Below are positions 21,017-29,487 of a stretch of 64,000 nucleotides of DNA, one piece after another. Under the pieces are notes generated by a model. That model saw nothing but the letters and a program-made list of their open reading frames with translations. It made no database searches and was not told the origin of the DNA. Numbering within the stretch: position 1 is the first letter of the stretch; every line of letters begins with the position of its first letter. The stretch spans positions 877,910 through 941,909 of the forward strand of contig JAHPZH010000002.1 in the NCBI GenBank assembly GCA_019058315.1. Direction: 5' to 3'. The translations under genes were made by a program, and so were the position numbers. The stretch is from Candidatus Helarchaeota archaeon. GTDB taxonomy: Archaea; Asgardarchaeota; Lokiarchaeia; Helarchaeales; RDOG01.

Positions 21017-21496
21017 TTAGATTTTTGAAAAAATTCTTGCTATTTTACGACCATTCAAGCAGTTTACTCCATTTCTTTTACAAGGTTCACGAAAGTGTCG
21101 TACATTATCTGTGATTATGACGTCAATTTGCTCCCGAACCGCTTCTTGAACGATTTGTTTATCGAAATCATGTGCTAATGAAGATAATACACCCGAAATC
21201 AGTATCTCTGCCCCAAGTAATTGTAAAAAAGAATCTTTAACTTTGACAGATATTGCTCGATCATTTTGGAAATTTAAAAATTCTTTATAAACCGTTTCGG
21301 ATACTATAATATCAAAAATATTTTGATATAATTTAAATTCAGAAGTTTTCCAACTACCCTTAAAAATGCGAATTAAAGTTGAACTATCCATTAATGCTCT
21401 GATTCGCAATTTTGAAGGTATAAACTTTCGAGTTACTTTCTTTTGGACTTCTTTTTTCAGATCGTAAAATTTTTCATGTCGGATTGATTCATTCAT
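21017..21496 (-). CDS. PIN-domain ribonuclease
   Basis: ALMDSSTL...VSETVYKE...DKQIV..A...IITDNVRHF. Confidence 0.75.
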   Translation of the reverse strand: MNESIRHEKFYDLKKEVQKKVTRKFIPSKLRIRALMDSSTLIRIFKGSWKTSEFKLYQNIFDIIVSETVYKEFLNFQNDRAISVKVKDSFLQLLGAEILISGVLSSLAHDFDKQIVQEAVREQIDVIITDNVRHFREPCKRNGVNCLNGRKIARIFSKI

Positions 21497-21518
21497 AAGA
21501 ATATAGAGTTTTTCGGAT

Positions 21519-21551
21519 TATTTAAGCTAAAAAAATCTATGCACGTGCATA
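21519..21551 (-). promoter_or_regulatory. Palindrome TATGCACGTGCATA plus TATA box upstream of the PIN gene
   Basis: Palindrome at 21538-21551; CTTAAATA at 21526-21519, 22 bp before the ATG. Confidence 0.7.
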
Positions 21552-21630
21552 TATTTCTACTCTCTCTCATTTAACCAATACTTTATTCCAGATTGCTCAA
21601 TACTCATAAATCTAATATTTTGTTAATATT

Positions 21631-24600
21631 TTATGTGTTTTTTGAGGCGAACTTGAATCCATTCCAGAATTGATTGAAAGAAATTAATTGAGATTTAATC
21701 AAGTTCAAATAATATCTTGAAAAATAAAAATTAATCAAGAAATTTATTTCAAGTTCACTTAAGTAGTTAAATATAGTCTTCTGATCAAAATTAAAATCTT
21801 TTTCCTTTGAAAAGGAATTAAAGATAAGATTTATTTGTTTTTCTTTAAGTCCGTAGTTAAAATAAACATAATTCTTCACTTGTTCAAGCCATTTTGATTT
21901 TCCCATCTCTTTTAGTAAATTTAAACTTTCATCATAATATCCATATTGAATACTATTTTCAAGAACTTTATCAAATAAGTTGTCTATATGTATTCCAGTA
22001 TCCGTTTCATAGATACCTGATTCATCTCCATAGGCTTCCGAATCGTGGCTCAGATTCCTTTGATGCAGTTCTCTTTGGCGAAGAATGATATAGAAAAGAT
22101 ATTTTTGAATTAAACGGCGATTTTTAGTAGGAATCTTATCATATTTTTCTTTTTCATCAGTATTCCAATAATAATGTTGAAATGGATATTGCTCTTGATT
22201 TAGAAAAAGTTCAATGACCTTATCTAAGGAGTAACTTTCTCCCATATCTTCAAAATATGATAAAATACTAATTATATCTAATGGCTTTTGCATTACTTTT
22301 TCTAAAATTTCCTTTTCTTTTCTTTCAATCAATTCATAATCGCGCTCATCATCTCTTAAATTATAATCATAAGGAATTGAATTATCTCTATTTAACTCAG
22401 AGCGAATTTCCTTTAGAACCAAGTCAAAATATTTAAACATCATGCCATATTCAGCTCCCAAGCCTAAATTTGAAAAATAAGCTTTTAATCGTGCGTATTT
22501 TTTTTCAATGAATGAAATCGAGATTGTCTGTATCGTCTTTACTTGGAGAAGTTTATGAAAAAAATAAAATAGTGCACGTAATTTTGCACTTTTAGTACTC
22601 AATTTGGAAAGAAATTGTTTAAAATGAGACTTATACATCTTAAAATTAAATTCTTCGATTGAAATAATTAAATCCTTCAAGATTGTTCTGTTAAAAAATT
22701 TCTTGCTTTCAGATTCAAAATGATCCCAATCAGAATTTTTTCTACTTCTTTGGTTATCTCCCTTAATTAAATGTTCCTTAATTGAATCATAACTCTCAAT
22801 TTTACTAGATATACTTTCTTCAATGTCGGAAAATAGAATAATGCCCTTTATTAAACCTTTCAATTTCCTTAATTCAGCTAATTTGGCAACTATATTATCT
22901 ATGGATGTTGAATCCCTAAAATAATGAGGATATCTTTTATTGAAAACCCAATTTTGACGCCCTTTCTTAAATTTTTTAAGATAATTAACAAATTCTTTAA
23001 ATTGACAAGACTTTATATATAATTCTCTTTTAAATTTCTTAATTGATCCCCTTAATTTCTGAATTTGTTCTATTGCTGTGTGATATCCTTTTTTATAATA
23101 TTTCAATATTCCCTCTGATTTTTTTTGAAGAATCGCTAATTCAATCTGCTCTAATTGATGTTTTATGAAATTTATATCCTCAAGTTTTAATTCCTTTAAG
23201 CCAAAAAAATTGATATTAGTCATCAATTTTGAAATATATGTGTAATTATTTGTAGAATTAACAAATGTTAATACTTTTAAAAGCCTTGATTTCAAATAAT
23301 CAAGATTTTCAGGGTTTGTCATGATTTTACTTTCGATAATAAGTTCCGAATAATTTTCCCAAAGCTTGGCTGCTAACTCTATGCAATACGGATGTTTTAT
23401 CTGAATAATTTGATTAAAAATACGAACGCGCTCGTTTTTGTTTTGAAATAGAAAAGATTCCAATATAATTTCTTCTATCAATTGCGGATAATTATTGAAA
23501 AATAATTTAAAAATATCTATTTGCTTTGTTCGCAAATTTTTTGGATGTTTTATTCCGATAGGATAATGTTCTTGTAATTGGATTAACTCAATTTCTCCTG
23601 ATTTTACCTTTTCAAGTAAAAGTTCTGCAAGTTCAAAATCAAAATCCACAAGATAGAAAAGAAATTCGTAGTGTATTAACGGCCAGTCTGCTTTTAAAAA
23701 TAATAAAAGCGCTTTACGAACTTCTTTTTCTGGAATGGATCTGAGTTTTTCAAGTATGTAATTACTTTTAGCAAAATTTGAATGTTTTTCGTTTAAATCA
23801 CTCGGTTTAAATTTGTCATAAATTGACATACTAACTAAATAAAAAATTCTTGATATAGGATCCATTAAATATTCAAAAACCGTTTCAATATAATTATGAG
23901 GGATGCCGCACCATATGTAAAGTGATTTATCTTCAGAATCAGAAGCGATTAAATCAACATAATTTTCCTCCCACAAAGTTGCAATGTGTCTAAAAGCAGT
24001 AGGAGTCCCTATTAATGATAAAATATATACAAAATTAAATAAATCTTCATTTTTTGATAAATCAAAAGTATTATTGAGAATTTGATAAATCTCTATTTCT
24101 GGAAGAGCAAAAATTAAGAAATTTTCCTCACCTAAAATCAAGTTCGAAGAAGGAAACTCTTGAAGGTTAGGGTGTTTTTTTCTTCTGTCAAAATGTGTTT
24201 TAGGAACTGCATTCGTGATATTAGCATTTACAACATTTCGTACTAATTGAAGTATTTCATCTGAATTTGGATATTTTTTCCGAGATTGGAATAAAAATCG
24301 AGTAAATTTAAATTCTTTTTGGAATTTTAAATAAAAATTCATAATTTTTAATTTATCAGAACTCGAGAGAACCCACTTTGCGAAAACATTAAAGAACCTT
24401 TCAGAGTATAAACCAGAAAGATAGCTTTCTTTTCTTTCTTCTACTTCAAATTTCACGAGTTTTACAAGAAAATCTGTTCCTTGTTGGTAAATAAAATCCT
24501 TATCGTCATCAGGAAGAGCCGAAAAATTATCAAAATATTTTTGAATTTGAAAAAAATCTAAATCTAATTCATCTTTATACGTATAATCAGTAATGCTAGT

Positions 24601-27600
24601 AAATTTTTCCAGTTTTTTTTCAAAAAAAACAGCAATATCTGTACGTTGATAAGGTGTATTTTGTTTCCACCAAGCATTTAGGCATTTATCCATAATTTTT
24701 ACAAAGTCTTCACTTGGTTTGATTAATTTATTATGGTGCCAAAAAAGAAAATCTTGTGATAAGGTGTGATGAATAAATAAGATACACGAAAGGGGGAGAT
24801 TAAAAATCCAATCTTCTAATTCTTTATTCGAAAACTTATTGGATTTATATAAATTAAGTAGAAAATTAAATATTTTTTCATTTTGAATCCCATCTCTTTT
24901 CATCCAATAAAAACGAATATTAGGTTTTCGACCTTGCAGGATAAGGACGTTTAATATATCAAATCGAATGATTTCTTCTAATAAATAATTATTTTGTAAT
25001 TTTTCTAAACTATTTAACTGACGAGGTGATAGTTGATGAGACATCCAATGAAAAATTAGAATCTGTCGAAACCGCCTATTTTTCAGCCGATGAAATAATT
25101 TCAATGATAAATCAAATAATTTGTCTGTAATTTTTAAAGTTAATGGAGATATTATGTTTGAAACACAGAATTTTAATAGATATTTATGGTCTTGAGTTAG
25201 TGCATATTCCACTAACTCGCAAATTCGATCTGGTTCATCTTTTATAAGCTCTCTATATACCCAGAGCTTCACCCATGGTATATCTATAAATCGAGACTTT
25301 TCCAGTCTTTTTAATTGCTCAGGAGTTAGCATAAATGTTTCATGTATATCGAAAGCATAACATAAAATTGGTATCAAGTAAGGTGTTTCAATGCTGATTG
25401 AATCAAATAAATCAGATAGTGAATGGGATTCATTAACAAATTTGTTTTGAAAAAATAACACGTTAGTTAGGAGTCTTCTAACTTCTTGGCGTTCATTAAC
25501 CAAGGAAACATCTATTTGCTTAAACTTAGGAAGAATTTTTTCAGATGGAATCCCTATTTTTTCTAAACTAAGTTTATTCCAATAAAATAAGTAAAGATGT
25601 TCTTTATATAAGTCAATGAAGTTCTTCATTTTTGCCTTAAATAATAATGGACCCGATTTAGTCAATGGATATCCAATTTGTGAATCGTTAAATTCCCGTA
25701 AGTTTTCAAATTTATTACGTAGAATGATTGCATCATCACTAATATCGTGTTGGATATCAAAATCTCTTCTTTCTGAATGAGTAACTAAAAGCTCTTTGAA
25801 AAAATGCTTAATTTCTACATTTTTAAGGTCATTAAATTGTTTTCCTTGTATGTATTGATTGAAACAATGGAGTGCTGCTAAAAAATAATCGTAGTGGGGA
25901 TTTATTAATCGAAAATTTCGCCGAAGCGTCTTTGAATATTCTGGATAGATAAATCTATTGAATAATGAGTTATTTTCAGTGATTTGGTCAAAATTAAAAT
26001 AATAATTTGGATCCTTTAACCTATTAAAAACAATTTTTGGAAGTAATTTTAATATTGCATAATTTTCTTTATCTGATTTTGGAGTCATACTTATAATTGG
26101 ACCTTCAAGTAATTGAATCAAAGTAAATAATTTATTATCTCCTCGTCTTAAGTTTGGTTTTGAGCTACTCAAAATTTTATTTAAATCTTGGTTTGATTGA
26201 ATATGGATGATATTTGAATGTAATCTTTCTTGAAATTCGATTATAACTTCATATTTAATCCACCTTTCATATAGTTCAGCCCGATTGATTGGTAATCCGT
26301 TAATCTCGGGAAACAAACCTAAGAGCCATAAATCTAAAGGTGTAGGATCTTGTCCTAATCGCTTCTTAAGTTCCTCCTGGTAATTTCTATTATTAACAAT
26401 TCGCGATTTTATTTTTCTAAAATATGTATCAATTTGCTCCTTACTTGGAAATTCAAGTTCAATTACATTTTCTTCTGGATGCTGCCATTTGGGGATTGAT
26501 TTGTCAGTTTCTAAATTTATACGAAATACTTGTAGATCTGGATCGATATATCTTGTCGAAATAATGGTTTGAACATTATTTGATTTACTCATAAATTTTA
26601 ATAGTTCCGTAAAAAATGGCTTTAAGTATTCGTCCAACTCATCCCATCCATCAAGGAATACAAGAATTTTTGGATTATTCAATAATTTTAGGTAAGTTTG
26701 GATCCAAAAAGAAGAATCTGTCTTTTTTACAAAAGAACTCAATATGAGATGAAAAATATTAAGATAATTTAACTTCTCAAGTTTATTAATTTCATCAATT
26801 TTAATAAGAATAATACCTTTATAAGCGAGATAAGAAAGATTTTTAATTTTCTTAATCGAAAAATGTCTTAATGAAATGAGAATAGGAATTATTTTAATTT
26901 TTTCGTCAATTACTCTATTTTTTATTGTAAAATTTAATAATTCAAAACTTTTTTGAATCATCCAAACAGATTTTCCAGTTCCTGGCCCTGATTTTAGTAT
27001 AAGTATAGGAACTGAAGATTTTTCTTTATTATTGAACATCCAGTCTTTAAAATATCGATCATGACTTGAGTTTTTAAGCCCTAATTCATAAATCCAATCA
27101 ATTTGGGAAAAATTTTCAAATTCATTAACAGAAATTGAGTTGTTTGTCAATTTTTGATAGCCTTTTTCTTGTAATTGCTTTAAAAGTTCTTGTTTTATTG
27201 TATTAAAAAAATGAATTTGATATTCTTTTATTGATGCTGGATCAATATTTGGATGTTCCAAGAGGAAATCGACAAGTTCATTTGTAAATTTAGTTGGCTT
27301 ATAAGTTTCATCACTCTCAGAAGAATATGGTTCTATTAAATACATGTTGAATGCTTTTTTAAGCGTCAATCCTTTTAATATATTTTCGAGTGATTCGAAG
27401 GTGATTCTTTTATGAGATTTTAATTTAATTAAATGTTCTAATTTTATATTATTTTCACTTAGGAATTTAAAATAAAATAATTTTGCGAGTGCAATACCTA
27501 GAGGTGTTAATTCCTTATTATTACCAACCTTTTGCATATATAATCCTTGTTTAGTTAATTGACTTGGTATATTTCTTGCATTTTCTCTACCCATATTGAA

Positions 27601-27906
27601 CACTGATTTATTTTTTAATTGTTCATCTTTTTTCCCTGAGAAATAAACCCAACGGTCAATGTGAAATTTATAAATTAATCCTTGAATCTTAGCAGAACCA
27701 TAAGCCCGATCAACAATATCAGAAATCCTTATTTCATTTGCTTCCTTATTTAATAGATAATATTCTAAAATCATTAATCTAAATGCCCACTTATCCTTGT
27801 AAAAATCCAAAAAATCCTGAATTTCATTTTTAACTTCCATTCCATATTCAGAAAATAGCTTTTCTAAATATTCTTCAATATTTGATTCTTCTTTTTCTAC
27901 AACCAT
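21631..27906 (-). CDS. Giant NACHT/STAND NTPase (NLR/Avs-like), 2091 aa
   Basis: Walker A SGPGTGKS, PILISLR, Walker B VFLDGWDE, IISTR, TPL motif; long helical C-terminus. Confidence 0.8.
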   Translation of the reverse strand: MVVEKEESNIEEYLEKLFSEYGMEVKNEIQDFLDFYKDKWAFRLMILEYYLLNKEANEIRISDIVDRAYGSAKIQGLIYKFHIDRWVYFSGKKDEQLKNKSVFNMGRENARNIPSQLTKQGLYMQKVGNNKELTPLGIALAKLFYFKFLSENNIKLEHLIKLKSHKRITFESLENILKGLTLKKAFNMYLIEPYSSESDETYKPTKFTNELVDFLLEHPNIDPASIKEYQIHFFNTIKQELLKQLQEKGYQKLTNNSISVNEFENFSQIDWIYELGLKNSSHDRYFKDWMFNNKEKSSVPILILKSGPGTGKSVWMIQKSFELLNFTIKNRVIDEKIKIIPILISLRHFSIKKIKNLSYLAYKGIILIKIDEINKLEKLNYLNIFHLILSSFVKKTDSSFWIQTYLKLLNNPKILVFLDGWDELDEYLKPFFTELLKFMSKSNNVQTIISTRYIDPDLQVFRINLETDKSIPKWQHPEENVIELEFPSKEQIDTYFRKIKSRIVNNRNYQEELKKRLGQDPTPLDLWLLGLFPEINGLPINRAELYERWIKYEVIIEFQERLHSNIIHIQSNQDLNKILSSSKPNLRRGDNKLFTLIQLLEGPIISMTPKSDKENYAILKLLPKIVFNRLKDPNYYFNFDQITENNSLFNRFIYPEYSKTLRRNFRLINPHYDYFLAALHCFNQYIQGKQFNDLKNVEIKHFFKELLVTHSERRDFDIQHDISDDAIILRNKFENLREFNDSQIGYPLTKSGPLLFKAKMKNFIDLYKEHLYLFYWNKLSLEKIGIPSEKILPKFKQIDVSLVNERQEVRRLLTNVLFFQNKFVNESHSLSDLFDSISIETPYLIPILCYAFDIHETFMLTPEQLKRLEKSRFIDIPWVKLWVYRELIKDEPDRICELVEYALTQDHKYLLKFCVSNIISPLTLKITDKLFDLSLKLFHRLKNRRFRQILIFHWMSHQLSPRQLNSLEKLQNNYLLEEIIRFDILNVLILQGRKPNIRFYWMKRDGIQNEKIFNFLLNLYKSNKFSNKELEDWIFNLPLSCILFIHHTLSQDFLFWHHNKLIKPSEDFVKIMDKCLNAWWKQNTPYQRTDIAVFFEKKLEKFTSITDYTYKDELDLDFFQIQKYFDNFSALPDDDKDFIYQQGTDFLVKLVKFEVEERKESYLSGLYSERFFNVFAKWVLSSSDKLKIMNFYLKFQKEFKFTRFLFQSRKKYPNSDEILQLVRNVVNANITNAVPKTHFDRRKKHPNLQEFPSSNLILGEENFLIFALPEIEIYQILNNTFDLSKNEDLFNFVYILSLIGTPTAFRHIATLWEENYVDLIASDSEDKSLYIWCGIPHNYIETVFEYLMDPISRIFYLVSMSIYDKFKPSDLNEKHSNFAKSNYILEKLRSIPEKEVRKALLLFLKADWPLIHYEFLFYLVDFDFELAELLLEKVKSGEIELIQLQEHYPIGIKHPKNLRTKQIDIFKLFFNNYPQLIEEIILESFLFQNKNERVRIFNQIIQIKHPYCIELAAKLWENYSELIIESKIMTNPENLDYLKSRLLKVLTFVNSTNNYTYISKLMTNINFFGLKELKLEDINFIKHQLEQIELAILQKKSEGILKYYKKGYHTAIEQIQKLRGSIKKFKRELYIKSCQFKEFVNYLKKFKKGRQNWVFNKRYPHYFRDSTSIDNIVAKLAELRKLKGLIKGIILFSDIEESISSKIESYDSIKEHLIKGDNQRSRKNSDWDHFESESKKFFNRTILKDLIISIEEFNFKMYKSHFKQFLSKLSTKSAKLRALFYFFHKLLQVKTIQTISISFIEKKYARLKAYFSNLGLGAEYGMMFKYFDLVLKEIRSELNRDNSIPYDYNLRDDERDYELIERKEKEILEKVMQKPLDIISILSYFEDMGESYSLDKVIELFLNQEQYPFQHYYWNTDEKEKYDKIPTKNRRLIQKYLFYIILRQRELHQRNLSHDSEAYGDESGIYETDTGIHIDNLFDKVLENSIQYGYYDESLNLLKEMGKSKWLEQVKNYVYFNYGLKEKQINLIFNSFSKEKDFNFDQKTIFNYLSELEINFLINFYFSRYYLNLIKSQLISFNQFWNGFKFASKNT

Positions 27907-27936
27907 CTAATCACTAAGAATTATTATTCTTTGAAA

Positions 27937-27968
27937 TATTTAAGTGTACAAAGATATGCACGTGCATA
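27937..27968 (-). promoter_or_regulatory. Palindrome TATGCACGTGCATA plus TATA box upstream of the NACHT gene
   Basis: Palindrome at 27955-27968; CTTAAATA at 27944-27937. Same architecture as 21519-21551. Confidence 0.7.
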
Positions 27969-28252
27969 TAGCTTTTTAACATCGTTTTAGTCATAATTGA
28001 TTTAAAAAATATTAAAGATTGGTATAGAGGAAAATATTATGAATTATCAGTCAATTCTAGTTTTTTTAATGATTTTAAATTAATAAAAGTAACTTTAATT
28101 TTAAAGTTAGTGAAATTAGATTTATTTAATTATTCTTTTTACAAGTGAATCTTTGAAACTAATGATAATAGAATGAGTTATATGTTGTGAGCTATATATA
28201 ACTGCGATTATTTTTAACAATGGAATATGATTTAGGAATATAGAAACTAATT

Positions 28253-28303
28253 ATCTGCCATAACTTCCCGTACGCTTTTGTTTGGTATATAATTTAGGTA
28301 TAT
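28253..28303 (-). repeat. dif-like site S3 with extended arm (left inverted repeat)
   Basis: Minus strand ATATACCTAAATTATATACCAAACAAAAGCGTAC GGGAAG TTATGGCAGAT. 28260-28303 is 38/44 identical to 38496-38539 in inverted orientation. Confidence 0.75.
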
Positions 28304-28306
28304 TAT

Positions 28307-29374
28307 TTAATGTTTAATTACTATACAATGTGTAATATTTTCATTTTTGTGGATGAAATCTTTTGTAAATTCTTCCGTATCACTAATATTTCCGCCTTTA
28401 TCATAAACCAAAAATAAAATTTTATTCCATCTCTTTGAATAAGGCTTAATATCTGCGCTCATTTCATCTATAATAACTTTAACTTTCTTTTTTTCATCAA
28501 TATATTTTAATTCTAATGCAATTTCTTTTTCATCATCTGTGAAATCAGGTATAAAAGATCCAGTAGAAAATGATGAACTTTCTTTTTCTCTTTTAAAATT
28601 ATGTCCTTTTACTTTTAAATAACCTTCAAAATAATCCTGAACATCTTTTTCATTATTTGGTCCCTTTATTATGATCTTTCTAAAATCATTTTTAACTTCT
28701 GTAATAAGTTTATAGAAATAAATTGTAGAATCTTCAAGTTTTGAGCTAATTTCACCTTTTTCCTTCTTAGTTCCTTCTAAAACTTTAAGATAAAAATTGA
28801 TTTTATAGAGGAGTGATTTTAATTCGCTTTTTTCCACCAGCGTAATGTCTGAAATCTCTTCTTTTATTTTTGGCGTAATGGGGATTTGAATATCTCTGAA
28901 ATTATTGGGATATAATGATTTTAATTCTTGACAAATAATATTATATTTATCAAAAAGAGGTTCTACAAGCTCAAAAGTATATATAGTTGCTTCCGTATCT
29001 TTAAACTGATTTTTAATTTGATTTTTTAAAATTTTAAGCTCAATTTCTATATCCAATTGATCTTGCATTTTTTCTTGATTTATTTTAATAAATCCTTCTT
29101 CAATATTTTCTTTAATAGACTTTAAAAAAGCATTTCTTAATCTCGCACTATCAGAAGGTCCCATTGAACCATAATTAGGGTGCATTCCCTCGAGTCTTGT
29201 TTTATATTTTTCAGTACCAAATATCTCTGTCATTAAAAGGTGAATATCTGAAAACCATTTTAATGATATACCATGAAAGGGTTCTATCTGTGCATCCAAT
29301 CTATCCCCTTCAGATATCAAATTTCCAGTATTAATTAATTCTTCTAGTCTCTTGATTATTTCATATTTATTCAA
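28307..29374 (-). CDS. Protein with C-terminal PD-(D/E)xK (REase DpnII/MboI-like) nuclease domain
   Basis: NEKDVQD...FIPDF...IALELK...FLVYD. Confidence 0.7.
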   Translation of the reverse strand: MNKYEIIKRLEELINTGNLISEGDRLDAQIEPFHGISLKWFSDIHLLMTEIFGTEKYKTRLEGMHPNYGSMGPSDSARLRNAFLKSIKENIEEGFIKINQEKMQDQLDIEIELKILKNQIKNQFKDTEATIYTFELVEPLFDKYNIICQELKSLYPNNFRDIQIPITPKIKEEISDITLVEKSELKSLLYKINFYLKVLEGTKKEKGEISSKLEDSTIYFYKLITEVKNDFRKIIIKGPNNEKDVQDYFEGYLKVKGHNFKREKESSSFSTGSFIPDFTDDEKEIALELKYIDEKKKVKVIIDEMSADIKPYSKRWNKILFLVYDKGGNISDTEEFTKDFIHKNENITHCIVIKH

Positions 29375-29487
29375 TTCTTATCCCATATAAATTTAAATCT
29401 TTATTAATTAATTATATCTTAAGTTACATATATTGTTAAATTTTACTGATTATAATTCAAATTAGAATAGCTTCCTGGGGATTATTA

